This document shows positions 39,769-49,574 of a stretch of DNA of 64,000 nucleotides, in pieces. The stretch's first letter is position 1. The number at the start of each line of letters is the position of its first letter. The notes under the pieces are model-generated. The model saw only the letters and a list, made by a program, of their open reading frames with translations, was not told where the DNA came from and searched no databases. The stretch comes from an uncultured Lachnospiraceae bacterium (GTDB lineage Bacteria > Bacillota > Clostridia > Lachnospirales > Lachnospiraceae). A program made the translations under genes and the position numbers. Location: NCBI GenBank assembly GCA_910585605.1, contig CAJUFL010000011.1:3313-67312 (forward strand). The letters are read 5' to 3'.

Positions 39769-41898
39769 TTATTCCTGCCCAGACTCTGTTCCCTGCTCTG
39801 TAGTACTTTCTGTCGTCGCCTCTGTTGTTGCTTCTGTGGTACTTTCTGTTGTTTCTTCCGTAGAAGTTTCAGGCGGATTTTCTTCACTGTTCTCCTGTTG
39901 TTCGTCTTCTGGTATATCACCAGTGTAAATCGGCGTTGCTATCTGATCCCCAACATTCGGGTCTCCTGCACTTTCCCCAGTCTCCGTCTGATATATATTC
40001 ATGTAAGGAAGCAGTTCCGTAAAAATACGCTGTGCGATGATCGTACCAAGACCTGAACTTGACTGATCCTCTACATAAGGCTCATCTACCGTTACGTATA
40101 CTACCACCTGCGGATTTTCAACCGGCGCAAACCCAATGAAGGATAATAAATATTTATTATTGCCACGTGGAATCTTTTCTGCCGTACCGGTTTTTCCACC
40201 TATTGTATATCCCTCCACCTTGGCTTTTTGGGCTGTACCGGAGTCAACAACCTTAAACAGTGCCTGTCTCATAAATTCAGATGTTTCGGAAGATATTGTT
40301 TTTCTCAAAACCGTAGGCTCTATATTATTAATGATTCCTCCGTTTTCATCCACTATCTGCTTTACCATATGCGGTTCATAATAATTCCCGCCATTAATCA
40401 CAGAACAAAATGCGGTTCCTAACTGCATCATCGTAACTGTAGGTCCCTGCCCGAACGAAGAGGTCGCAAGTTCCACTGGATTTAAGCCTGCCTCATCATA
40501 AATTTCTCCTGAAGCCTCTCCCAAAAGATCCACATTGGTAGGTTTCCCAAACCCAAACGCATCCTGATATTTGGCAAATGCTGCCCTTTTTTCAGCCTGT
40601 GCAATCTGCATCAATGCTACGTTACAGGACTGCATCAGTGCCTGTTCCACCGTCACCTGACCATGACCGCCATGATCATGGCAGTTGATCGTATAATCCT
40701 CTACCTCCAGATTACCGCCGCAAAAATAACTCTCAGTCCCTTTAATAACATCATCTTCCAGTGCACCTGATATTGTAAAGGTTTTATATGTTGAACCCGG
40801 TTCAAAGTTATCAGATATGATAAAATTGCGCCAAGCTTTATTCAGACACAATAACCTGAAATCCTCTGTTAAACTGTTTATTTTTTCTGCTGCGGATATT
40901 CCTCCATTTTCCAATATTGCTTTTAAATCAGCTTTATCCTCCGGCAGTTCCTCTCCTTCTTTTGGCTTAAAATATGCTTTTACTGCCTGATCCGATAACA
41001 AATACTGAATCCCTTTATCCTCAAACATATATTGGATGGCACTATCCTCATAAGGCTCATTCAGATCAAAACCATTTGAATTGGCCAATGCCAGTATTTC
41101 TCCGGAATTCGGATCCATTACCAGAGCCGATACATTTCTTGCACCGGTTTCTTCCATAAACTCATTAATCTTTTTCTCAACTATATTCTGAGCGTTTGCA
41201 TCAATGGTAGATACTACATTATATCCGTTTACCGGTGTTTTTGTAGTCCGTTCCAATGTCATATCCTCTGTCAGATATCCATATTCCCTACCGTTAACAC
41301 CATTCAGTTCACTGCTGTAATACCCTTCAATTCCACCTTGTCCCACATTACCACTTACAGTAAATCCTATCGCATGGCAGGCAAGAGAACCATATGGATA
41401 ATACCTGTTGTATTCATCCTCAAACCATATTCCCTTTACATTCTTACCTTCTTTCGTCTCCAAGAATTTATTAAAGGGTTCCACTTGTTCATAAGAAAGT
41501 TTCTTCAGCATCTTTTTATATAAAGATTTATCATCCTCTAATGCTTCGTTTATCGTTTCTTCTGTGATATCAAAATACTGGAGAAGTGCCTTTATGGTCG
41601 CCGCTTTTACCTCATCACTTTGCAATACATTTTTCGGCTCCATGATCAGATTATAAACCTTTTCACTTGTCGCAAGCTGCGTCCCATTCCTATCCAGAAT
41701 GTCGCCTCTCCGATATGGAATCTCTATACTGTCATAGCTTTGCTGCGCCAGTACGATCTTCTCATAACGTTTTCCATCCTTCAAATTAATGTACAGCACT
41801 CTCACCACTAAAAGCAGAAACAATAATGTAAAAATTACCGCCATTACAAATAATTTATTCTGCATTCTGGCAAGAAAACGTTTTCTCTTTTTTGCCAT
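39769..41898 (-). CDS. Class B penicillin-binding protein (FtsI-like) with T/E-rich C-terminal tail
   Basis: TM anchor, then STYK, SCN and KTGT (GGKTGTAE) motifs. The C-terminus is the repeat TSTEETTESTTEATTEATTESTTEQGTE. Confidence 0.9.
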   Translation of the reverse strand: MAKKRKRFLARMQNKLFVMAVIFTLLFLLLVVRVLYINLKDGKRYEKIVLAQQSYDSIEIPYRRGDILDRNGTQLATSEKVYNLIMEPKNVLQSDEVKAATIKALLQYFDITEETINEALEDDKSLYKKMLKKLSYEQVEPFNKFLETKEGKNVKGIWFEDEYNRYYPYGSLACHAIGFTVSGNVGQGGIEGYYSSELNGVNGREYGYLTEDMTLERTTKTPVNGYNVVSTIDANAQNIVEKKINEFMEETGARNVSALVMDPNSGEILALANSNGFDLNEPYEDSAIQYMFEDKGIQYLLSDQAVKAYFKPKEGEELPEDKADLKAILENGGISAAEKINSLTEDFRLLCLNKAWRNFIISDNFEPGSTYKTFTISGALEDDVIKGTESYFCGGNLEVEDYTINCHDHGGHGQVTVEQALMQSCNVALMQIAQAEKRAAFAKYQDAFGFGKPTNVDLLGEASGEIYDEAGLNPVELATSSFGQGPTVTMMQLGTAFCSVINGGNYYEPHMVKQIVDENGGIINNIEPTVLRKTISSETSEFMRQALFKVVDSGTAQKAKVEGYTIGGKTGTAEKIPRGNNKYLLSFIGFAPVENPQVVVYVTVDEPYVEDQSSSGLGTIIAQRIFTELLPYMNIYQTETGESAGDPNVGDQIATPIYTGDIPEDEQQENSEENPPETSTEETTESTTEATTEATTESTTEQGTESGQE

Positions 41899-41912
41899 AA
41901 TATCACCTTATC

Positions 41913-42389
41913 TTATTCAACCGGTACATCCTTAAACTGTTTTACATAATCTGGATTAGTTGCCTTATATGAAACAATTTGTCCGCTTTTGGGATATACC
42001 ATTCCCAGTTCTTTTGTTGCCACCTCCAGTACCTCCGGCAAATTAACAGAACTTTCCAGTCTTTTACTGGTCTCGTTATTCGTGTCGGTCAGTTCATTTA
42101 AACTGCTTTCCAGCCTGGCAATCTGTCTTCTCTGATCTGTAATATCTGCCTGTAGTGTAAGCATATTTACACATGACACAAACAAAAAGACCGTTGCAGT
42201 CACCAACGCCATAGTATATTTTAAATCAAACGCTTTTGCACGTCTTGTATTACGACTAATTTTCTCATTAACTTTATGTTCCCTGCGTTCCGGTTTCTCT
42301 ATCCTCTCCGGTACTGCATTCAGCTTTCTGGCTGTGTTCCCCTCTACGTAATGATACCGTCTCTCATTTTTTGAATCCAATTCTCTCAT
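41913..42389 (-). CDS. ftsL: FtsL-like cell-division protein
   Basis: Basic N-terminus, a single TM helix (MALVTATVFLFVSCVNML), then a coiled coil (QRRQIARLESSLNEL). Located between rsmH and the PBP genes. Confidence 0.6.
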   Translation of the reverse strand: MRELDSKNERRYHYVEGNTARKLNAVPERIEKPERREHKVNEKISRNTRRAKAFDLKYTMALVTATVFLFVSCVNMLTLQADITDQRRQIARLESSLNELTDTNNETSKRLESSVNLPEVLEVATKELGMVYPKSGQIVSYKATNPDYVKQFKDVPVE

Positions 42390-42470
42390 TCCCCTTTTCT
42401 AAAATACGTCTTATCTTCCGTATTCTCAGATGTTCCCCTTTTATCAAGTGTCTATTTACTTAAATACCAA

Positions 42471-43412
42471 TCATGCCTTTTCAAATATCCGTAATTTGGC
42501 ACTTTTACTTCTTCGATTCTCCTCTAATTCCTCTTCAGACGGTAAAATCGGTTTCCTTGTCATCACTTTCCCTCTGGAAACCTTACCACATACACATTTA
42601 GGAAAGTCGGGAGGGCATGTGCAAGGATTTTCATTAGTTCTAAATATCCTTTTTACAATCCGATCTTCTAATGAGTGGAACGTAATGATGCAAATTCGGC
42701 CCCCTGGGTTTAACAGATCTATCATCTGGTCGATGGATTGTTCAAGAATGGTCAGTTCTTTATTTAATTCAATCCTGATAGCCTGATAAGTTCTTTTGGA
42801 CGGGTGCCCTCCTGCAGACCTAGCTCTAATTGGTATAGCAGCCTTTATAATGTCATTGAGCTCAAAGGTTGTCTCAATGACTTTTTCCTGTCTTGCCCTG
42901 CATATATGCTTGGCAATATTTTTGGCGAATTTTTCTTCGCCATAATCCCTGATTACTCTGCAAAGTTGCATTTCAGAATAATCATTTATAATATCCTTGG
43001 CAGTCATCTCCTGCCTTTGATCCATTCTCATATCGAGAGGCGCATCCTCTCTGTAGGTAAATCCTCTCTCTGGTGTATCTAACTGATAGGAGGATACCCC
43101 CAGGTCAAGAACGATACCATCAACACCGCTGATGTTCAGTGTTCTTAAAACCTGAGGGGTTTTCTGATAATTGCTTCTTATAATATCAATCTTTATTTTA
43201 TCTTGATATGGTAATAGACGGATGCCTGCTGCCTCAATGGCAGCTGCATCCTGATCTATTCCTATGAACCTACCTTTACCGGACAAACGTTCACATACAT
43301 AAAATGCATGTCCTCCACCACCTACGGTGCCATCCACATAAGTTCCGTCTCTTTTGATATTCAGTCCTTCTATGGTTTCCTCCAGCAAAACTGACTTATG
43401 TGAAAATCCCAC
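42471..43412 (-). CDS. rsmH: 16S rRNA (cytosine1402-N4)-methyltransferase
   Basis: [27 protein letters not shown] and [12 protein letters not shown] motifs. GTG start with an AGGAGGA RBS. Confidence 0.96.
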   Translation of the reverse strand: MGFSHKSVLLEETIEGLNIKRDGTYVDGTVGGGGHAFYVCERLSGKGRFIGIDQDAAAIEAAGIRLLPYQDKIKIDIIRSNYQKTPQVLRTLNISGVDGIVLDLGVSSYQLDTPERGFTYREDAPLDMRMDQRQEMTAKDIINDYSEMQLCRVIRDYGEEKFAKNIAKHICRARQEKVIETTFELNDIIKAAIPIRARSAGGHPSKRTYQAIRIELNKELTILEQSIDQMIDLLNPGGRICIITFHSLEDRIVKRIFRTNENPCTCPPDFPKCVCGKVSRGKVMTRKPILPSEEELEENRRSKSAKLRIFEKA

Positions 43413-43422
43413 GTTTATCCTC

Positions 43423-43869
43423 CTATATCATAATACCTAAATCTTCGATCCCCTGTGCTAATTCATTGAAATCGATGTCATCAATATTGTTCTTCTCTTC
43501 CCATTTTTCTTTGCTCCAGATTTCCGCACGTTCTCCTACACCAACCACGGTTACGTCTTTTGTAATCTCTGCAAACTCTCTTAAATTTGCCGGCAAAAGA
43601 ATTCTTCCCTGATTGTCCACTTCACAATCTGTAGCACCGGCCTGAAAAAATCTTTTGAACTTTCTTGAGTTCTCATTAGTCATTGGAAGCTGTCTCAACT
43701 TGCCTTCAAAGATCTCCCACTCTTCATTGGGGTAAGCAAATAAACAACCATCCATTCCTCTTGTCACAACGAAAGACATCCCTAATTGTTCTCTTAACTT
43801 TGAAGGTACGATCATTCTGCCCTTGGCATCCACGGAATGATTATATTCGCCTTTTAATCCCTTGGACAT
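43423..43869 (-). CDS. mraZ: Transcriptional regulator MraZ
   Basis: Two SpoVT/AbrB-like repeats ([24 protein letters not shown]; [18 protein letters not shown]). Start set at ATG 43869 (MSKGLKGEY). The track's 5' extension to 43953 runs into the operator repeats. Confidence 0.93.
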   Translation of the reverse strand: MSKGLKGEYNHSVDAKGRMIVPSKLREQLGMSFVVTRGMDGCLFAYPNEEWEIFEGKLRQLPMTNENSRKFKRFFQAGATDCEVDNQGRILLPANLREFAEITKDVTVVGVGERAEIWSKEKWEEKNNIDDIDFNELAQGIEDLGIMI

Positions 43870-43928
43870 GATTCTCACCTTCCCCTGTCTCTCGTTTGTA
43901 AATATGCCTTGTGTTTTTTGATAAATCC

Positions 43929-43973
43929 ACCACAATTTACCACTGTCCACCACAATTCACCACTTACAACCAC
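43929..43973 (-). promoter_or_regulatory. Candidate MraZ operator: five GTGGT direct repeats at exact 10-bp phasing
   Basis: ACCAC occurs on the plus strand at 43929, 43939, 43949, 43959 and 43969 (GTGGT on the coding strand), 60-105 nt upstream of the mraZ start. Confidence 0.6.
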
Positions 43974-44273
43974 TATTGTACCCTATCAGGTTATAGAATG
44001 CAATAAAAGATTTACCCATATCCCATTGTGAAATTAGCTAAAGTTACCCTGCTATTTTTATGCAATATGCACATTTTTTCTACTGTTTTTTCGCTGTTTT
44101 CTTCTCACTTTGCACAATATCTTGTACATTCTCATATCCAACATACAGATATATTGTGTTTTCCCATCTTAAGATTCTCTTTCGCATTTTTCCTTTCTTT
44201 ATATAGTGGGGAAAAGTGGGAAAATCCCCCACCACGAAAATGAATAATACATTTTGCGGGGGTTATCTAACTA

Positions 44274-44324
44274 CAAAAAACCACAGAATTGTAAATTCAC
44301 ACAATCCTGTGGTTATCATCATTA
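44274..44324 (-). terminator. Rho-independent terminator of lgt
   Basis: On the minus strand, AACCACAG, loop, CTGTGGTT, followed by TTTTTT (plus-strand A-run 44275-44280). It lies 20 nt after the lgt stop. Confidence 0.7.
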
Positions 44325-44343
44325 AAAAATTTCCTTAAGTTAT

Positions 44344-45264
44344 CTATTCTAATTCTGTATTTACATTCCGCAGCTTCATCCGCTTGTAAATAATGAATAT
44401 TGATGCACCCACTACACAAAAAGCAGCCAACAGCTGGGACACTCTAAAATTGATTCCCGGTATCATCAAAGAATCTGTCCTAAGCCCTTCTACCCACACG
44501 CGGCCAAGACCGTATCCCCAAATATACATAGCAAACATCTCTCCGTCAAATTTCTTGTATCTTCTGTATAAAAAGATGACAAGCAGTACTCCAAGATTCC
44601 ATAATGACTCGTATAAGAAAGTCGGATGTACCTGAATAAATTCCATCCCTTCAATAGTAACGACATGATCTATCATTTCCTGTGTAATCACTCCGTTATT
44701 CACAGTACTAAGCAGATAATTTTTACTTCCAAACCATTCTACGGGAATCGCCATGGCAAGTAACGAATCTGTATATCCGCCAAATGCCTCTCTGTTAAAA
44801 AAGTTTCCCCATCTTCCAAGAATCTGTCCCACCAAAAGTCCCATGGCACACGTATCCAGCATCAGCATCGTGCTGACTTTACGCTTTTTTGCAAAAATCA
44901 GCAGCGTAATAATTCCGGCTATAACTCCTCCATAAATAGCAAGACCACCACCGCGGATATTTAACATCCCAAGAATCGTATCCTTAACAGACTGTCCCTC
45001 TTTTATATAATCTCCGAGGCTAAACAATACATAGTAAATCCTTGCCCCCAGTATTGCCGGTATCACCAGCCAGAGCATGTAATCCAGATATAATTCCGAA
45101 TCCTGCCCGGTTCTTTTTGCTTCTCTCGCAATCAGAACATATCCAAGGATAAATCCAAGTGCTATCACCATTCCGTAAAAACGTATTTCAAAATTGCCGA
45201 TAAAAAAACCATCTGCCACATTTTTAAGTACAATCCCCAAATTCGGAAAACGTATCTCGTACAT
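44344..45264 (-). CDS. lgt: Prolipoprotein diacylglyceryl transferase
   Basis: Polytopic membrane protein with GGLAIYGGVIAG and the Lgt signature GRWGNFFNREAFG. Confidence 0.93.
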   Translation of the reverse strand: MYEIRFPNLGIVLKNVADGFFIGNFEIRFYGMVIALGFILGYVLIAREAKRTGQDSELYLDYMLWLVIPAILGARIYYVLFSLGDYIKEGQSVKDTILGMLNIRGGGLAIYGGVIAGIITLLIFAKKRKVSTMLMLDTCAMGLLVGQILGRWGNFFNREAFGGYTDSLLAMAIPVEWFGSKNYLLSTVNNGVITQEMIDHVVTIEGMEFIQVHPTFLYESLWNLGVLLVIFLYRRYKKFDGEMFAMYIWGYGLGRVWVEGLRTDSLMIPGINFRVSQLLAAFCVVGASIFIIYKRMKLRNVNTELE

Positions 45265-45277
45265 AGCATCCTCCTAA

Positions 45278-46375
45278 CTACACATTAAATTTAAACAAAA
45301 CTACATCGCCATCCTGTACAATATATTCTTTTCCTTCTGAACGTACCAGTCCCTTTTCTCTTGCTGCCGTCATAGAGCCATTTTCCACCAGATCCTTATA
45401 GTTTACAACTTCTGCACGGATAAATCCTCTTTCAAAATCAGTATGAATCTTCCCAGCTGCCTGAGGTGCCTTTGTTCCTTTCTTAATCGTCCATGCACGG
45501 GTTTCATCCTCTCCTGATGTCAGATAAGAAATCAAACCCAGCAGGGAATAACTGGCACGAATGAGTTTATCCAGTCCTGATTCTGAAAGTCCTAAATCCT
45601 CCAGAAACATTTTTTTCTCATCCTCATCCAGTTCCGATATCTCCTGTTCAATCTGGGCACATACCGCAAATACTTCTGAACCGTATTCTGACGCATATTC
45701 CTTTACTGTTTTTACAAATTCATTTCCTGCACCATCATCTGTCAAATCATCTTCCGATACATTTGCTGCAAAAATAACAGGTTTTCTGGTAAGAAGATTA
45801 TATTCTGCCATCCATGCTTCCTCATCTTCTCCATCCGTTTCAAATGTAATGGCAAGCTTTCCATTTTCAAGATGTTCCTTAATCCGTTTCATAAAAGCAA
45901 GCTCTTTGGCAATTTCCTTATTATTATTGGCAGCTCTCGCATTTTTTGCAATTCTTCTCTCTAGTATCTCAACATCCGAAAAAATCAATTCAAAATTAAT
46001 CGTTTCAATATCCCTTAATGGGTCAATACTTCCATCCACATGTACAACATTGGAATCTTCAAAACACCGCACCACATGCACGATAGCATCCACTTCCCTG
46101 ATATTAGATAAAAACTGGTTTCCAAGTCCTTCTCCCTTAGAAGCACCTTTCACAAGTCCTGCAATATCTACAAATTCAATTACTGCTGGTACTGTTTTCT
46201 TGGAACTGTACATTTTTGTCAGAACGTCAATCCTCTCATCAGGCACTGGAACCACTCCAACATTTGGGTCAATCGTACAAAACGGATAATTTGCTGATTC
46301 TGCCCCTGCCTTTGTCAAAGAATTAAATAATGTACTTTTTCCTACATTGGGAAGTCCGACTATGCCTAGTTTCAT
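45278..46375 (-). CDS. ychF: Redox-regulated ribosome-binding ATPase YchF
   Basis: MKLGIVGLPNVGKSTLFN G1 motif, the Obg-like family layout and a TGS-like C-terminus (YIVQDGDVVLFKFNV). Confidence 0.96.
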   Translation of the reverse strand: MKLGIVGLPNVGKSTLFNSLTKAGAESANYPFCTIDPNVGVVPVPDERIDVLTKMYSSKKTVPAVIEFVDIAGLVKGASKGEGLGNQFLSNIREVDAIVHVVRCFEDSNVVHVDGSIDPLRDIETINFELIFSDVEILERRIAKNARAANNNKEIAKELAFMKRIKEHLENGKLAITFETDGEDEEAWMAEYNLLTRKPVIFAANVSEDDLTDDGAGNEFVKTVKEYASEYGSEVFAVCAQIEQEISELDEDEKKMFLEDLGLSESGLDKLIRASYSLLGLISYLTSGEDETRAWTIKKGTKAPQAAGKIHTDFERGFIRAEVVNYKDLVENGSMTAAREKGLVRSEGKEYIVQDGDVVLFKFNV

Positions 46376-46636
46376 TTTTCTATATCCTCCTAAAAATCCT
46401 TTATTTTATGTTACATTCCATTTATCTTTATTAGAAAATACACCATCTGATACACCATTTCACAAACCCTGATACAGCAACCCACATATTACCATATAAC
46501 AGCCTAAAAGTCTATATTTTCTTATAATTCTACACTGGACGATAAAAAACTCTGCCCTAATGAAAGAAGTGCCTGAAAGATATTTCCTTCAGACACTGTT
46601 TAGTAAAAAAACTGTCATTCATCAGCAAATGCATTC

Positions 46637-47065
46637 TCATGATTTCTTACCATGCAGCATCTGCTTTAATGCCTCCTCAATATGTTTGTCAGTCGTGAGT
46701 GGACGGAAATCCCTCGTCTCAGAAAGTTCTTTTAAATCCTCATTGTTAAGGGTAATCACATGTTCCTGTTCACTGTCCGGCTCAGGGATAACATATAAAT
46801 TCATTTCTTTTTCCAGCTGATTCAATCTTCGCATAATATCAGTAATCTGGCTCTTACCCAAATCCACTGTCTCAAGTAGTTCATCGTAAAGCTCAGTTAT
46901 ACGTTCACAATCCGGAATATCCTCATAAATAACTTCCGGTTCATCCTTAATTCCTGATTCATTGCCGTTCTCGTAAACATACCTATTATCCTTGATATTC
47001 CTGTCTAAGAAATTCAGTGTTTGTGTTATCTTTCCTCCTTCGACTGTTATGATGAGTTTTGCCAT
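46637..47065 (-). CDS. Hypothetical acidic protein
   Basis: 142-aa ORF with a strong AAGGAGG RBS. I recognise no motif. Divergent from the cotJ operon. Confidence 0.55.
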   Translation of the reverse strand: MAKLIITVEGGKITQTLNFLDRNIKDNRYVYENGNESGIKDEPEVIYEDIPDCERITELYDELLETVDLGKSQITDIMRRLNQLEKEMNLYVIPEPDSEQEHVITLNNEDLKELSETRDFRPLTTDKHIEEALKQMLHGKKS

Positions 47066-47464
47066 ACTCCGTCCTCCTTTTTCTTACAATATCGTATAGG
47101 GAATGGTACATGACAAACCAGCCTCCTGCTTGTGGTGTTCTTATTATATCGGTTGAAGTACTATTTATCAGTACGTTCATACCGCACCGTAATAGTTAAA
47201 ATAGGTAATACGTAAAAGCTGGTGTGCTGCTACATTCACCTTTATGTTTTCCAGTATACTACGGAAATAGGTGTTTTTCAAGATTCAACCACTGAATAAT
47301 TTATGTCGGCAATATTTTTTAATATCCAATATCTTCCACAAACCGTATAATTTGTACCCTGTATCTGAATCGTGGGAATAATTGCTTACATACAATTTTT
47401 TTATTTACAAAAAATATTATTGTAACTTTAAATAATTTTAGTATGCCCAAAAGGAGATGATTTT

Positions 47465-47929
47465 ATGGATAATCAGGATTGTTGTACCTGTGCCGACACT
47501 CTTGCCATGGCTTCCATACCAAAGCAAAACTGGTGTCAACCCTATGAGTATGAAAAGGCATTGATGGAAGGAACTATTTTCCCATGTCTGAATCTTCCAT
47601 TCTATAAAGCTGATGAAGGAGACAGCACTTTAAATACCAATACAATTTCTTCCAATCCCGAAGAAACAGAACGTGAAAAATTATTAACTGAGATTTCTAC
47701 CATAAGCTTTGCTATCAACGATTTAACACTTTATCTGGATACCCATCCGAACTGCAAAAACGGTCTGACTCTTTTTCATGAACTGTTAAAAAAACGTCTG
47801 GATATGCTGGCAGATTTTGCGGACCGCTTTTATCCTTTAACACAGATTTCCATGGTTACCGGAAACTGTGACTGCAACTGTTATGGCTGGGGAGAAGGAC
47901 CCATGCCCTGGGAAGGAGGTTTGATCTAA
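47465..47929 (+). CDS. cotJB: Fused CotJA-CotJB spore-coat-associated protein
   Basis: The N-terminal part LAMASIPKQNWCQPYEYEKALMEGTIFPCLNLPF matches the CotJA signature (LAMAYVP.Q.W...AL..GT.FP.L..PF). The C-terminal part ISFAINDLTLYLDTHPNCKNGLTLFHELLKKR matches CotJB. AAAGGAGA RBS. The stop overlaps the cotJC start. Confidence 0.72.
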   Translation: MDNQDCCTCADTLAMASIPKQNWCQPYEYEKALMEGTIFPCLNLPFYKADEGDSTLNTNTISSNPEETEREKLLTEISTISFAINDLTLYLDTHPNCKNGLTLFHELLKKRLDMLADFADRFYPLTQISMVTGNCDCNCYGWGEGPMPWEGGLI

Positions 47930-48546
47930 TGTGGTGCTATGAAAAACGACTGCAATATCCCGTAAAAATTAAAAACACCTGTCCAAAGACTGCACAACTG
48001 ATTATCAGCCAGTATGGCGGACCGGATGGTGAGCTTTCTGCTTCTATGCGTTATCTGGCACAGCGTTATTCCATGCCGGTAAAAAAAGTTGGAGGTTTAT
48101 TAACAGATATCGGTACAGAGGAAATCAATCACATGGAAATAATCTGTGCGATCGTTTACCAGCTGACCAAAAACTTAACACCAGAAGAAGCAAAAACTGC
48201 CGGTTTTGATGCATATTATATTGATCATACTGCCGGATTATGGCCACAGGCGGCTGCCGGAGTACCTTTTACTTCATTGGAATTTCAATCTAAAGGAGAT
48301 GTAATGGCTGATCTGTATGAAGACCTTGCGGCAGAACAAAAAGCACGAACAGTATATGATAATCTGCTCCGGGTCATAGAAGATCCTGACGTACGGGCCC
48401 CTCTTAAATTCCTCCGTGCAAGAGAAATCGTACACTTCCAGCGTTTCGGAGAAGCCTTAGAAATGACAAAAGATAAAATGGATGCAAAAAATTTCTATTT
48501 CTTCAATCCCGAATTTGATAAAGAAATGTACAAGAAGGAACTATAA
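47929..48546 (+). CDS. cotJC: Manganese-catalase-family spore coat protein CotJC
   Basis: MWCYEKRLQYPVKI...ISQYGGPDGELSASMRYLAQRY...EEINHMEI, typical of CotJC and Mn catalases. Confidence 0.92.
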   Translation: MWCYEKRLQYPVKIKNTCPKTAQLIISQYGGPDGELSASMRYLAQRYSMPVKKVGGLLTDIGTEEINHMEIICAIVYQLTKNLTPEEAKTAGFDAYYIDHTAGLWPQAAAGVPFTSLEFQSKGDVMADLYEDLAAEQKARTVYDNLLRVIEDPDVRAPLKFLRAREIVHFQRFGEALEMTKDKMDAKNFYFFNPEFDKEMYKKEL

Positions 48547-48559
48547 AAACAATCCTATT

Positions 48560-48599
48560 AAAAAGATGCCTTAATGCTAAAACAAAAGGCATCTTTTTT
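48560..48599. terminator. Bidirectional terminator between cotJC and yebC
   Basis: AAAAGATGCCTT (48561-48572) pairs perfectly with AAGGCATCTTTT (48586-48597). The A- and T-runs lie within the stem arms, extended by an A at 48560 and TT at 48598-48599, between convergent genes. Confidence 0.75.
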
Positions 48600-48609
48600 C
48601 AATCTCATC

Positions 48610-49338
48610 TTATTCATCCCAATTATGATAAACGGCCTGTACATCGTCATCTTCATCCAGTAAGTCCAGGATCTTATTCATCTTTTTAATATCTTCTTCA
48701 CCTGTAAGCTCCACCCATGTCTGCGGAACCATCGTTACTTCTGCTGATGCCATGGGAACTTTTCCCGTCTCCAAAGCCTCTCTTACTGCCGAAAAATCAT
48801 CCGGTGCTGTCAAAATCTCGTAACTGTCCTCTTCCTCTGCAAAATCCTCGGCTCCTGCATCCAATGCCATCATCATAAGATCATCAGCATCTAATTCACA
48901 TTCTTCTTTATCTACAATAATCTGTCCTTTTTTATCAAACATAAAAGATACACACCCTGTAGTTCCAACATTTCCTCCTCCTTTTGTAAATGCGTTTCTT
49001 ACATTAGATGCCGTCCGGTTCTTATTATCTGTCAGTGCATCTACAATGATCGCTGTACCATTGGGTCCATATCCTTCATATGTAATGGACATATAATTCA
49101 CGGAGTTGGCATCTCCGGCAGCTTTCTTAATTCCTCTTTCAATGGTATCATTAGGCATATTATTTGCCTTTGCCTTTGCTATCACATCACGAAGCTTGGA
49201 ATTATTATTCGGATCTGCACCACCCTCTTTTACTGCTACTGCGATTTCCCTTCCGATAATTGTAAATATTTTACCCTTTGCCGCATCATTTTTCTCTTTT
49301 TTATGCTTAATATTTGCAAATTTTGAATGTCCTGACAT
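48610..49338 (-). CDS. yebC: YebC/PmpR-family DNA-binding regulator
   Basis: [25 protein letters not shown]... N-terminus and the overall length are typical of the family. Confidence 0.95.
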   Translation of the reverse strand: MSGHSKFANIKHKKEKNDAAKGKIFTIIGREIAVAVKEGGADPNNNSKLRDVIAKAKANNMPNDTIERGIKKAAGDANSVNYMSITYEGYGPNGTAIIVDALTDNKNRTASNVRNAFTKGGGNVGTTGCVSFMFDKKGQIIVDKEECELDADDLMMMALDAGAEDFAEEEDSYEILTAPDDFSAVREALETGKVPMASAEVTMVPQTWVELTGEEDIKKMNKILDLLDEDDDVQAVYHNWDE

Positions 49339-49574
49339 CTTTCTAACTCCTATCTTTAATAATAATCATTCACACATGTGCTATATTTTAACACTATGCA
49401 CACTCTTTTTCAAGTCCAATCAGGAGCGAAGACTATACAAAAAGGGACTGCCGCAAAAAGGCTCTATTTTCATTTTGCTGCAAAAAATCAGCAAAAGAAA
49501 AATCCCTTCATACGACAAGTCCCTTCATACTAACTAGTGTACTGAAACATTGATATTTGATAAAACCACACTAA

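Noticed and set aside
43870-43953. 5' extension of the mraZ ORF given in the track, and similar extensions at nadB 19287-19379, glgA 56922-57008, argD 23579-23635, response regulator 16770-16826, murD 36525-36536 and sigE 29357-29368
   Set aside because: Internal ATGs have proper Shine-Dalgarno spacing and give canonical N-termini ([31 protein letters not shown]...). The extensions overlap upstream genes or, for mraZ, the GTGGT operator array.
44028-44243. 71-aa plus-strand ORF in the lgt-mraZ intergenic region
   Set aside because: It has no RBS and a hydrophobic, low-complexity translation. The region is better explained as the dcw promoter and regulatory spacer.
45561-46289. 242-aa plus-strand ORF, Ser-rich
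   Set aside because: It lies entirely antisense within ychF and has a low-complexity translation, so it is a shadow ORF. The same reasoning applies to 28695-29267 (antisense to sigE), 19361-19888 (nadA), 37989-38501 (PBP), 1764-2204 (kinase) and 24239-24601 (mscS).
47389-47396. Sigma-E-type -10 element (CATACAAT) about 70 nt upstream of cotJ
   Set aside because: The -10 matches the CATACA-T consensus and cotJ is sigma-E dependent in Bacillus. However, I could not find a convincing -35 at the right spacing, so it is not reported as a feature.
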